This document shows positions 1 to 10,279 of a stretch of DNA of 64,000 nt, one piece after another (the stretch's first letter is position 1; every line of letters begins with the position of its first letter). The position numbers and the translations under genes are program-made. Under the pieces are notes generated by a model. It saw nothing but the letters and a program-made list of their open reading frames with translations. It made no database searches and was not told where the DNA came from. Source of the stretch: Cyanidioschyzon merolae (taxonomy: Eukaryota); NCBI GenBank assembly GCA_000091205.1, contig AP006496.2; one strand, 5' to 3'.

Positions 1-2
1 GG

Positions 3-623
3 CGTACCTGCGTTGCGAATCTACACGGCGAGCATGCCCAGGGCGCATCCTGGTGCACCCTCATCGAAGCGCTCGACGCCTACTTTGCCCAAGTGGTCCA
101 CGAGCTGACGCCCGCCGACCAAAACACCACTGATAAGAAGCGCTCCAAGGTGCTGGCACCCGTCAACCATTTGGAATCCCCCGCGAATAACGCCACCGAA
201 CGCGCTGGCGCTCGTCCGTCGCCCGGGAAGCCGCAGCAGGCCGTCAGCGCCGCCGCCGTTCCGCATTGCTGTCGCCCAGCGCCGTGTGGACTCGAGTCGT
301 CGACCGCCGCCACAACACCGGCCATTGCATCGCTCTGTGTCATGATTCGGCAGTTTCTTGCACTGAATCAGGGCATCTGCCTGCGTCTGAATGGGTATGT
401 GCGCTCGCTTGGCTACGCCGATCCAACATGCCCCAACGATGATCTCGCCTGCCTTGATGCCGCTTTACGACGACAGTTTCGTCAATGGCAGCGCGTTACC
501 TGCCCAAAATGGCGAGCCGCTCTCGACGCAAGCCCCTCGGAGGCGCTTCGCCGCCTCGCAGCCGACGTGCCGTGCCCACCGGGGCCTTTGTGTGCGCTCG
601 GACGCACCCCCGAGACGCCTTGA
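3..623 (+). CDS. Possible 3' end of a gene entering from upstream of the window; product unknown
   Basis: The reading frame is open from nt 3 to a TGA at 621-623 and ends 47 bp from the convergent stop of the 670..3144 gene. No recognisable domain. Confidence 0.15.
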   Translation, partial: RTCVANLHGEHAQGASWCTLIEALDAYFAQVVHELTPADQNTTDKKRSKVLAPVNHLESPANNATERAGARPSPGKPQQAVSAAAVPHCCRPAPCGLESSTAATTPAIASLCVMIRQFLALNQGICLRLNGYVRSLGYADPTCPNDDLACLDAALRRQFRQWQRVTCPKWRAALDASPSEALRRLAADVPCPPGPLCALGRTPETP

Positions 624-669
624 TAGCGTCACCACACGCACATACGCACGCGCGCACCAAAGCATATCC

Positions 670-3144
670 TCAATTAGCGGGAAACGATCGCGAGTGAATG
701 CTTTTCGTGCGTGCCGGAAACACCAGTCCAGTGCAGTCCGTGTGGAAGAGCGCGGCCAACATGCGCGCCCGTAAATCTGCCCACAGCATCGAAGGTACCG
801 CCTTTTGCATCACCATATCCGTGAACTGCACGCATTCGTAGATGCGTGTTCCAAAGGTGCGGATGCGTGCGCGACGTACACGCATCCGCGCAGCATGCAT
901 AAAGCGCAGCAGATCGCCGAGTTGACACGTGTGCGCGTACGCATGCAACGCCACGCAGGTGACCGCGCCGTCTCGCGCATTGCGCATGCAAATCGGATTC
1001 GCCACGGCGTCGAAGACGATGTTTCGTAAACGCGCTTTCCAGCGCTCAATGCCTGAATCAGCGGTGCCCGAGCTGCCGCCTTTGGTGTCCAGCATGTCGG
1101 CGCTTGCTAGAGCAGGCACTTGGAGCAGGAGCTCGGCAACAACGGCCTGGGGTGTGTCGGTAGCGCTGCTGGCTCCGAGGCGTTTCAGAGGCGGCCGTGT
1201 ATCGCGCGGGTCGGAGAGGCGCCCTCGAACAATGGTGCAACGGAGTGCGCGGAACGCTCTGATCAAGTCAAGGCCAATGCCGGGGCGTGAATGGGTGTGT
1301 ACGACAACGCGGAACTGCGTTGAGGTTTCATGTTCCACTGAGACACGGGGTATGTCCGGCGCAAACAGATAGCGTAGCGCATCGGCCAAGTGTTCTTGGT
1401 TCAGCGTGGTGCCGGCTATTTCGCTGTTGCTGACGGCAGCGATACCGGGAGGCGGTGCGCGCAGCGCAGCCGATGCCTCCGCAGCAGTGATCGTGTCGGG
1501 TGTTCGCGTCTCGGATGGCGACCATGCGCTTGATGCAAACGCCGAAGGCGAACGGAACGAAACCCCTGCTAGCTCCGCGCCTCGCATCACCTCCTGCTCT
1601 TCGGAAGAGGAGCGTGTTGTGTCGCTTTCCTGTAGTGTGTCATCAGACACCAGCGAAATGTCTCGCCCAGCTCCGACAGCGTCCGTCTTCAAGACTGGCA
1701 CTTTCTCGACTGGAATCCGAGCGACGGGCTCATCGGGCATGCGCATTCGAGCGCTCGTTTGGCGACGTTTTGTGACGAGCTCCGCCTCCGAGTCGCTGCG
1801 CACGGGTCCTGTTCGCTGCGCTGTCTGCTCGTTGCAGGCCTCGTGGCCCGCCATGGATAAAACCGATGCCTCCGATGCATGCCCCAGATCGCAGTGCTGA
1901 ACCTTCACCGCTGTCTGGCTAAAACTGCCGTTGGCGCCAGTGGTGGCCAAGCAGTAGCGGGGCGGTGACGCGCTCAAGCAAGTTGTTTCCGTACCAGAGC
2001 CGTCAGACGACCGGCGACAAGGATGCTCGACCCCGTATGGCGTCATGCGCTGCGTCCTAATCGAGCGTGTATCATCATATTCTGAGAACGACTCCAGATC
2101 AGAGACGCGCGGGATGTAGAGACTAATGCCCCTGCCGACGCCGGGCCCATCTTCCAGAGCGGCCACGACCACCGCCGTGTGCGGTGGATAGACTTCAACG
2201 GAGCACTCGGGGCCGGCCAGTTTTGTGCAAAGTGCACGTAAGCGATCCAGTCTCACACCAATCAAGTGGGCTATGTGGCTTGCAGAGCCCGTCAGGCCAA
2301 GCAGTAACGTCAATGGGACTCTGGCATTCAGAGCATCGGCCTGCGCTGCGGCCCACAGCTGCTGCGCCTGCACGAGGCATTCAGCACAGGGACAGGAAGG
2401 TGTTTCGGGAGTGACGACTCGACGATTATAGCCGCCCGCAATGATTTCAGCGCTGCGCACGACAAAGCCTTCCTGACCTAAATATTCTATGATTTGTTCA
2501 AGGGCGGTTGCTGTGCAGGCCGCGCTTCGCACGGTCACAACGCATTCACCCCGTCGTCGCCACTGGTCGATAAAGTGGACCCATGCGGTATCATCTCTGA
2601 CCTGAACGCCGGATGCGCTGCGGTCGTCATCGTCTTCGCCCGCAAAGTAGTCATCCAATAATACGTCGTCGAAACTGTCAGTACGATAGAGAGCTAGCCG
2701 TAACATTCGCTCAACCCCAGCACGTTGTTTGTGTATTTGGTATCCTCCAAAGACTTGTAACATGCCATGAGCGGTTTCATTTGGCTCAGGAGAGTGCTGC
2801 AGTGCCGCAGATTTCCACTCAAAGCCCTCAACTTCCAGCGAAATGTCCTCCAGAACGTGAATGATCCTACTGAGAAGCTCGTCAGCTGACCTATGGTGGC
2901 ACCGCAGACTCCATCGCCTCGCCTCCGAGTCAACTTCGATATACCATTGAGCTCGCTTGGTCCGGGCGAAGCTGTCCGCGCAAGCATACGCGAGCATCGA
3001 GTCACCGCTCGGTGACGGCGGGCACTCGGTATCGCTGGTTTCCGGCGAGACCGCTAAAGTCCTTGTCTGTCGGATCTGCCCAGCGCTCCATGTGGTCAGA
3101 ACGCCGCACTCCATCATCTTTTCGGTTCTCGACGGAGCACTCAT
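670..3144 (-). CDS. Large hypothetical protein (824 aa), function unknown
   Basis: It is the longest ORF in the region and has an ATG start (cat at 3142-3144 on the + strand). Composition is protein-like, with an acidic DDYFAGEDDDD stretch and a CPCAEC motif. No family could be assigned by eye. Confidence 0.5.
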   Translation of the reverse strand: MSAPSRTEKMMECGVLTTWSAGQIRQTRTLAVSPETSDTECPPSPSGDSMLAYACADSFARTKRAQWYIEVDSEARRWSLRCHHRSADELLSRIIHVLEDISLEVEGFEWKSAALQHSPEPNETAHGMLQVFGGYQIHKQRAGVERMLRLALYRTDSFDDVLLDDYFAGEDDDDRSASGVQVRDDTAWVHFIDQWRRRGECVVTVRSAACTATALEQIIEYLGQEGFVVRSAEIIAGGYNRRVVTPETPSCPCAECLVQAQQLWAAAQADALNARVPLTLLLGLTGSASHIAHLIGVRLDRLRALCTKLAGPECSVEVYPPHTAVVVAALEDGPGVGRGISLYIPRVSDLESFSEYDDTRSIRTQRMTPYGVEHPCRRSSDGSGTETTCLSASPPRYCLATTGANGSFSQTAVKVQHCDLGHASEASVLSMAGHEACNEQTAQRTGPVRSDSEAELVTKRRQTSARMRMPDEPVARIPVEKVPVLKTDAVGAGRDISLVSDDTLQESDTTRSSSEEQEVMRGAELAGVSFRSPSAFASSAWSPSETRTPDTITAAEASAALRAPPPGIAAVSNSEIAGTTLNQEHLADALRYLFAPDIPRVSVEHETSTQFRVVVHTHSRPGIGLDLIRAFRALRCTIVRGRLSDPRDTRPPLKRLGASSATDTPQAVVAELLLQVPALASADMLDTKGGSSGTADSGIERWKARLRNIVFDAVANPICMRNARDGAVTCVALHAYAHTCQLGDLLRFMHAARMRVRRARIRTFGTRIYECVQFTDMVMQKAVPSMLWADLRARMLAALFHTDCTGLVFPARTKSIHSRSFPAN

Positions 3145-4478
3145 GGGTTTTCACCGTGTACTCCGCGAATAATTGTGGGCGTATCCGCTCTCAATGTGTG
3201 TCGTTCTCTGCGGAGTCGCAGAACGTGACCCAGGAGCTTCCAGTCCCTGGACGGACAGACAAAACGCTTGTTCGCGCTCCCTTGCAGAGCGAAATTTCAA
3301 GGGAGGTGAGCGGGCAAACGCAGTCGTGTTGCGGTCAGCGTTATAGCAGTAGCCGCTGGGATCACCAGAGGTTGCCCTCTGGTACGTTCAGCGTCGCGCG
3401 CTCGCAACAGTGTAACAAATTGCGTTGCTCTCGGGGTTGTGCAGCAGCACTAGTTCCACCCTTGCAACCTTAAACCAAGATTTGCAGCGAAATAGCTTCA
3501 ACCGATAGAGATCTACCAACAACGTGAGCGTCTCTCAAGCGTCTAAACACCAGATGAGCGTGCACTGCCAGCCTCAGGGGAACGCCACGAAGCGCCGCAA
3601 ACGTCGTTGACCTGCCTATCCAGAGACCACCACTACAACGACTACTACTACGCTTGGAGTTTCTGCGGCCTGATGCCTGCAGAATATCAGCCCAGCTTAT
3701 CACAAAGACGAAACGCCCGGGAGCGTACCCCGAGTTGCACGGAAACTGTAAGCTTCGACGCCTGGCCTCAATTGCTCTTCGAGGCGCCAGCGATGCCTTC
3801 GATGGAAGCCAGTCGCCCAGCCAAATGAAAGGAGGATCAGGTAACGGCCCCGCGAATTGAAGTCGAGCTGCGGTGGCGGCGGGCTAGCAAACCGCCTCCG
3901 TTTGCGCGCTGTTGACAGGGGCTCCGTTCTTTCATCGGTCACGTAGTATCAAATTAGCTATTTATATATTTAGTTTCCAATTATTGTACATCGATGATCC
4001 GACACCGCGCGATCGCTTATAGCGAGCGTTCCCCTAAGGGTATGCTGTGCATAGCGCTGTGCCTATCGCACACGCAGCGATTGACGTGCTGTTATAGTGC
4101 GGACGTCCCGCAGCTGTACGATCGCCATGGCTGAAGGGTCGCTGGTGTAAACGTGACAAAACGGCAGTTTTCTTTATACGAGGCCGGCGTATTGCCCTGA
4201 TCGCGTCATTCCCGCAATGCCATTCATTTTTCCCTTGGTTTGGTTCCGAGGTATAGGACAAACCGAGTCTGGGCCATAAAACGTCATGATTGTTCGCGAG
4301 CGTGCATATCGAACGACTGACTACCTGCCGCATACGCGTCTTTTATGTCTCACGGATCGATCACGAAGACGTACGGCATTATCGAACACGACATAGTTGA
4401 CAATCATGCGGGGGTGTTGATAGCGGTGTGTTCAGTTGCAGCGCACGTTTCCGCTCGGGCTTCATCCCGCCTGGGCAT

Positions 4479-4496
4479 TGTGTGTGTGTGTGTGTT
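4479..4496. repeat. (TG)9 dinucleotide microsatellite in the intergenic region
   Basis: tgtgtgtgtgtgtgtgtg is read directly. Confidence 0.9.
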
Positions 4497-5245
4497 TGTG
4501 CAAACGCAGACAACGATGCTGTCGCTCGGACCTGCCTCGTCAGCTTTGTGTGCCGCAGTGAATGATTTTCGACGACAAGCCCCGTCACCGATGTGGCTCA
4601 GATGCGCGCATGCGAAGCGAATCGCAGCTTCTTCGTGCCCTCGTTCGCGCTGTTCTTTTCCTTCATTCGAAGCAGCGCCATTGTGCTGGGTGATCGCGAC
4701 GCCGCAAACGCGCCGACCGACCATCCGCGTAAAGTGCACGCGCCGCTAATGCCGATCGCCAAGAGCGTCAGGTCCTTGGTTCCTATCCTGGCCGGGCAAA
4801 ACGCAGATATCTGTGCTTCGCTTGCAGTGAGTCGAGCACTGCACCTAACGTACGTCCTCGTCCAGAAAACCGCAGACAAGGAGAGCGCGCGCACACGTCA
4901 AACTTTAGTCGGCTTCGCTTCCCGCAGATGCGATCCTGCAAGCCGGGGCGCCCACGACTGCGATTCCATCGCCTCACACCTGAGACGGATATTCCGCAGC
5001 TTGTCAACGCTGCAAGGCCATGCGTAACCCGTCTGCTCGGGTCGGCGCTATGTTTCAAGATCGTTTGCGTGTGCTAGTGCAAAAATGCAGGGATTCGCCC
5101 TGACGATACTTCTGTACAAGTTTGGAGAAATCTCCAAAGACCCTAGGCCCTGACCAGGAACGCTCCTTGGCGTCGGGCACCGAGTTCCCATTGGAAGCTC
5201 TCTTGATAGCGCGGGGGCTCGTCGACCTTCAAGGTCACAAACAGG

Positions 5246-5956
5246 TTACGTCGGCAGATCCGCCGGCTCGATGCTATCAAAATCAGGTAAGGTCCATGGG
5301 TTCGGGGCAGCGGTCTGCGCTTCTCCCAGAACGGGCTGCGTGCCATGCGTCGCTGGCCCGTTACCCGCACTTGTCGACTCCGTCGCTGCCGATGAAAAAA
5401 CGGCGGGTTTTGCAGACCTCAACTGCCGAACTTCTGTGCGCAAGTCGCGCAGCTGTTCTTGCGTGTCTCGCCATTGTTGCTGGGCTTGATCGCTCATCGT
5501 GCGAATCGTCGCGCTCAGGTCTTCAATGGACTGGCGCAACTGCCGCAGTTCTCTGCGAAGCACACTTGCTTCACTCGCTGGTTTTTTGGCAGCTTTATTT
5601 TGTTGAGGAAAGTACGCAGGTACGACATACTTTCGCAGAAACTCCCGAAGCACCGAGATAGCGCCAACTGTGAGCGCGAGGCGCCAGGCCCACGTCCAAG
5701 CTCCGGGTACTGCGCGCTTTGACTGCACACCAACACCCACTGCAGCTGGTGGAACGTAGCCGTTCCCCAGCGACAAATCCAAAGGAGGCGGCGGTTTCGA
5801 TTCCTCACCGAACTTGTTACCCGCCCGTCTCCAGGCTTCAGCGAGCTCCTCCTCCGTGTAACCCTTGGCGCGGAGGAACTGCGCAGCCTGAACGGGGTCT
5901 TTCACAACGTCGTTTTGCAGAAACTCCACAGCCCGTTGGACCCAGTCCTCACGCAT
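5246..5956 (-). CDS. PEX14: Peroxin-14 (peroxisomal membrane docking protein)
   Basis: The N-terminal PEX14 domain is REDWVQRAVEFLQNDVVKDPVQAAQFLRAKGYTEEELAEAWRRAG (compare human REPLIATAVKFLQN...KKKGLTDEEIDMAFQQSG). A hydrophobic AxxxW-type TM segment (WTWAWRLALTVGAISVL) is followed by a coiled-coil (LRRELRQLRQSIEDL...). ATG start verified. Confidence 0.8.
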   Translation of the reverse strand: MREDWVQRAVEFLQNDVVKDPVQAAQFLRAKGYTEEELAEAWRRAGNKFGEESKPPPPLDLSLGNGYVPPAAVGVGVQSKRAVPGAWTWAWRLALTVGAISVLREFLRKYVVPAYFPQQNKAAKKPASEASVLRRELRQLRQSIEDLSATIRTMSDQAQQQWRDTQEQLRDLRTEVRQLRSAKPAVFSSAATESTSAGNGPATHGTQPVLGEAQTAAPNPWTLPDFDSIEPADLPT

Positions 5957-6029
5957 AACGTAAAACTATAGCCCGGTGCAGCGGCCGAAGCCGACTGCTC
6001 GCCTCGCAACCATAAACGCTTCCTACGAA

Positions 6030-6527
6030 ATGCAGGCGAGTGCGCTGTGCGACGCGATCGCGATCGGGAGCAGCAGGTGCGAAACAAAATGGATTATATC
6101 AGACATAATAGACATCAGTGGGATACACGCGTTCCTGAGAGGGAACGCGCCTGTGCAGTGCGGCGCGGGCATGCAATGCATCCGCGAGCCGCGCGATCTG
6201 CGCACCCCGCTGCTGGACGACGGGCACCAGCGTGTCGAACGCAGAAGCAGGTGTACGGACGAGACGATTTTTCGGCCGTACGCTATGGAGGAGCGACTTA
6301 GCGATGAACTGATAGGCAGGGCGGCGATACAGCGGATAAAGCGCGATGGAGCACGATCAATTCGGCTCTATGAACGAGAGCAGGAAATAAAAAAGTTGCA
6401 AGATGAACTGCGCGAGTGTTCACGGCGAGCTGGACTCGAGCGTTTCTCCGAGTGCCGGAGCCTCGTACAAGAGCTGATCAAGATTTTTGAGGAGCCTTGG
6501 TACGGTGCGTTCTCGAAAAACGACTGA
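6030..6527 (+). CDS. Small hypothetical protein (the ORF-track start at 5976 is GTG; first ATG is at 6030)
   Basis: The C-terminal 80 aa (MEERLSDELIGRAAIQRIKRDG...LVQELIKIFEEPWYGAFSKND) are protein-like and helical. It sits head-to-head with PEX14. No family recognised. Confidence 0.25.
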   Translation: MQASALCDAIAIGSSRCETKWIISDIIDISGIHAFLRGNAPVQCGAGMQCIREPRDLRTPLLDDGHQRVERRSRCTDETIFRPYAMEERLSDELIGRAAIQRIKRDGARSIRLYEREQEIKKLQDELRECSRRAGLERFSECRSLVQELIKIFEEPWYGAFSKND

Positions 6528-7944
6528 GGTGGTCTCCGAGACGGGTAATGATCATCCTGGGGCCGCGCGCCTCACTCACAAGCGACCCTGTGGACGGGAG
6601 TTGCAGCGGGAGTCCGAACTGCCAGGACCGTGTGCACGTGGACTGCCGCAGCGCCCGCGACCAAGGCGAGCTGGCCTCTACATCAGCGATCGCTGGTGCC
6701 GTCAACAAATTGGGAACTCTCTGAGAGGTTTTGCAGGTGCCGCGCTGGCTTTGGTTGCAAAGCCCGCGACGCCTGTGCGACCTGCACACGCCACACAGGT
6801 CCAGTGGGGTCGGTGCAGCGGCCCGCCTCCACCGGAACAAGCACTTTTGATACCTTTCGCAGTCGATCTTTTGCGTATAAGATGAGAGGCCTCGGACGCA
6901 ATTGTTATCGGCGGATTCATGTTTTCGATCTGCATGCGTGGCGGCAGAAGAATATCGTCGGGGATTTGTGCGAGAATCGTCGCTGCGACGCTCTGGTTGC
7001 CGGGGATCCTCTTCAGTCTGGTGAAGAGGACGCAGACATGATGCTTTTGCAGGCGTCGTTGCGAGGCCTGCACACACACCGTAATTTTTTGACGGCATGC
7101 CCCGCGTTTTACACAGGGCTCAGGGACACTCGCCTCTGGACTTGTTGCTCGTTACGATAATGATGTTGATGATGATGATGGGGTTTTTGGGTTGCAGTCC
7201 CGCCATTTACAGAGCGGAGCATGCTCTGTACTGAATGTTTGCGGCAACTTGGGACATTCGGTTTCCGCGTATCGACACGATAAACTTTGCGTCCAAAGAA
7301 GAGATTCGGAGAGCCTTTACCTGGATGTCGTACAATGCCGAGAAATCATATCGGGGACGAACTTTGCACGACTGCAGGCATGCAGGCCGCGCAAACACTG
7401 ACAGAACCGCTCCATACGCGGTTTTATACGCGAGGTAACAGGATAGAAAGACTGAGTATTCGGTGGTAAGCTGCACGTCAGGATAAAGCTTGTGCTTCCT
7501 TGATAGATCGCTGAGCAGTTACGGTGTATGCAGGCACGACATCAGCTGCTGGATGATCTCATGCACAGCGAGCTCTGAACCATAGAGTTTAAAGAGAAAG
7601 CGCGAAACTAGCGGCGCGATGTGAATCTGTTGCTCGGGAAAGACTCTCCAACTTGCCGCCTACGGATGCACTCGTGGCTAGCTCAGCGTATTCACTGAGA
7701 GTTTAGTCACTGTAACACCAGACATAATCACGGTCCGGATGCGATCTCCAGACGCGCTCAAAATCTACGAATAAAGTCTGCAAGGAAAGATGCGCACTTT
7801 TGGAGGCGACAGCGGTGGTGATCATAAATCTTCAAGCGCTCTTGCATCCGGACATGCGCACCCGATCAAATACTCGGTAATATCGAATCATGGAACAGCA
7901 TCAGCGTCGCTGAATCCCCAGGAAAATCGTTATCACGGAATATA

Positions 7945-9906
7945 TGTGGCGTTCCAGCCTCGCTCGACAGCTGACCAGTACCATACCAGTGTCTTGGCGC
8001 AGGCGAGGATCCGAATCTTCCCCCTGTTTCCTAACGTCTTTATTGCATCCGAACTCCACAGCGTTGCAGCGCAGCGTCTGCATCAGTAAGAGTCGATTCC
8101 CTGGCAAGCTCGCTCGACGTAAAGCCGGTGGACGATCTGGAAGCACGAGATATTGCCTGAGGTTGATCGAGGGGTTCAAGTCTCGATGCAGTATGGACGG
8201 GTATGTGTGTGTACTTGCTGCTGGCGTCACGACGCAGCGAGCCTCACGCCTTTGATTGCCGCTGCATCTCATGGTCGAGCGGCTTACCGTACGCCATCTC
8301 GTGCGTCTGTCTCTGTTTCGCTCTCTGATTCTCTACCGGATTCGACACGCGCCCGTGCTCATGACACGTGTATGTCGTCCTGAACACATCGGCGGGCATC
8401 GTGCAGCGCGCATTTCTGTATTTACTTCTGTATTTCGGCATGCTCATTGCATGAGCAGGCGTCCAGCATTTCTGCGTTATAGCGCGCCCTGCTCCATGGG
8501 TTACCTATCAAAGAAAACTGAGCAGCTTCATCTGCTTCGCATTGAGGCCTTCGGCTCCGTCCCCGCGCTCTAGACGCACAGCGAAGGCCATGGCGCTATC
8601 TGACCTGGGAATCACGCGCACAGCGAAGCCTTTCCCCGCATCTAGCTTGAACAGTTGGAAATGCGTCGCGCTGCCCGAAAGGATACTTTTCGGCACCTGC
8701 GCTGTCGAGGTCCCGATCAAGGACGTGGTGCGTCGACCTTTCAAGGTATTCTGCGGACTGTGGGTGCGAGTCTCTGACCCGAAGATCAGGCCGTGTTGCG
8801 GGTTTTGTACCGGGCTTCATTCACGCTGTCCCTCGGGGCGGGTTCAGCCGTAAAAAGCGCAGAGCAATGTGGACAGCTGGCAGCCCTGCGCCCGCAACAC
8901 GTACGCATTGTTGGTGAACGAGCTGCGTCACAGCGCGCGAAACTGAGAGAGTCCTCATCGAGTGCGAAGCAACGCGACGCCAATTGGCGACCTGTATCTC
9001 GCTTTACTGAATATTCTCCCTGCTGACGTGTCTTAGCAGGGAGGCGTCGAGAGTGGTTCCGGCGTCATGCGCCCGATCCGTGAGCTTTTCCTTCCTGTCC
9101 CTGTACATCCTCTTCGTCTGAGGGATCCTCCTGCTCGTGGCGGAGCGGCCTCTTCGCCTTTGCGTCCGCTCGGCTGCGCGCGCCTTGAGCGCTTTCGAGT
9201 AAGGGGGCGCATCGTACCCAACGATCAACCCAGAAGAATGCGTGATAGAGACGCAACGGAGCGCTTCGACGGAGTATGAGGTGCTGAACGAAGCCGTCTG
9301 CTGGGCGATCACTAGGTGGCTCTGCAATGAAGTTGCCTCTGGGCCTGATGGTGTCGGAATGCTCGCTTATCTGTGCTTTGGGATCCGTCGTTCGCGCCTC
9401 GTTGGGTACCCTTGTGCGGGTCCACCATCGCTCCCGAACAAGTCCCTTTGTGGCGTAATCCGGAAACCGAGCACCTCATGTGAGAATCATTGGCGCCGCA
9501 GTGCGAAATCGATAAATTGTGTCGTTCAGCACGAAACAGTCTCCCATACAAGTGCATTCCCTTCTGTATCCGTCTGTGTCTCTTTGGTGCCGCTCGTACC
9601 GACGGTACGGCATCATCACAGTCGATGACTGCTTCCGTGGAATTCCGTATCGAAGAAATGGAGTGGCGTAAATTGACGAGGAGACACACTGATCAACACA
9701 GGGTTTGGTACCGTCCGCATTGAGTGCGAATCGTTCATCATGCAGAATACGAGTGGGTAGCTTCATCCAGCCGCTGACCCTGGACTGACTGACTTGTCCA
9801 AGTAAGGCTGTTTTCTCGTGAACTACCGGTGACAACACCTTGTGTTTCCTGTTCCTGTCTCCATTCTGCAGGATACCCTCCGTTTTCTTGAATGCGTGTG
9901 AGAGAT
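7945..9906. repeat. Direct repeat copy 1 (1962 bp); partner at 27294..29255
   Basis: Base-by-base comparison shows a constant offset of 19349 between the copies, with only a handful of substitutions over about 2 kb. Flanks diverge at 7944/27293 and after 9906/29255. Only short ORFs lie inside. Confidence 0.9.
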
Positions 9907-10279
9907 GTAGAGAAAAAGAACGTGCTGATATAGCGACTGCATACGCGATCTGCGTAGGCAGCGATGCCCTGATGCCCCTGTCCGTAAAGATCCTAAATAT
10001 CGAAGATCTAAACACACCCCTGAGGCTCTGCAGCACAGGCCAGCGGGAGAACGTGTACTCCGGTGCGCGCGGAGACTGCCAGCCAGCTGGACGCAGCGTT
10101 GTTCGCGTCCCTTAGCTGAGCACGACTAGCGGGGCTCAAAGGTCCCCTTTTCTGACGCAAGCGCTTGGGGTTGTTGCTCTGGCACCAGTGCGCATAAGGC
10201 CCTGTGCGAAGCAAGCAACACTGTTGAAGGGCGAGCAGCGAACGACGACGCATACGCGACGGTTTCGCTCAAGATACTC

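Noticed and set aside
6478-7098. Long overlapping ORFs on both strands at 6478..7160, and similar stacks elsewhere (e.g. 18157..19377 opposite the formin), as extra genes
   Set aside because: They overlap one another or lie antisense to a recognised gene. They have Arg/Ala/Ser-rich composition and no motifs, consistent with stop-poor frames in GC-rich DNA.
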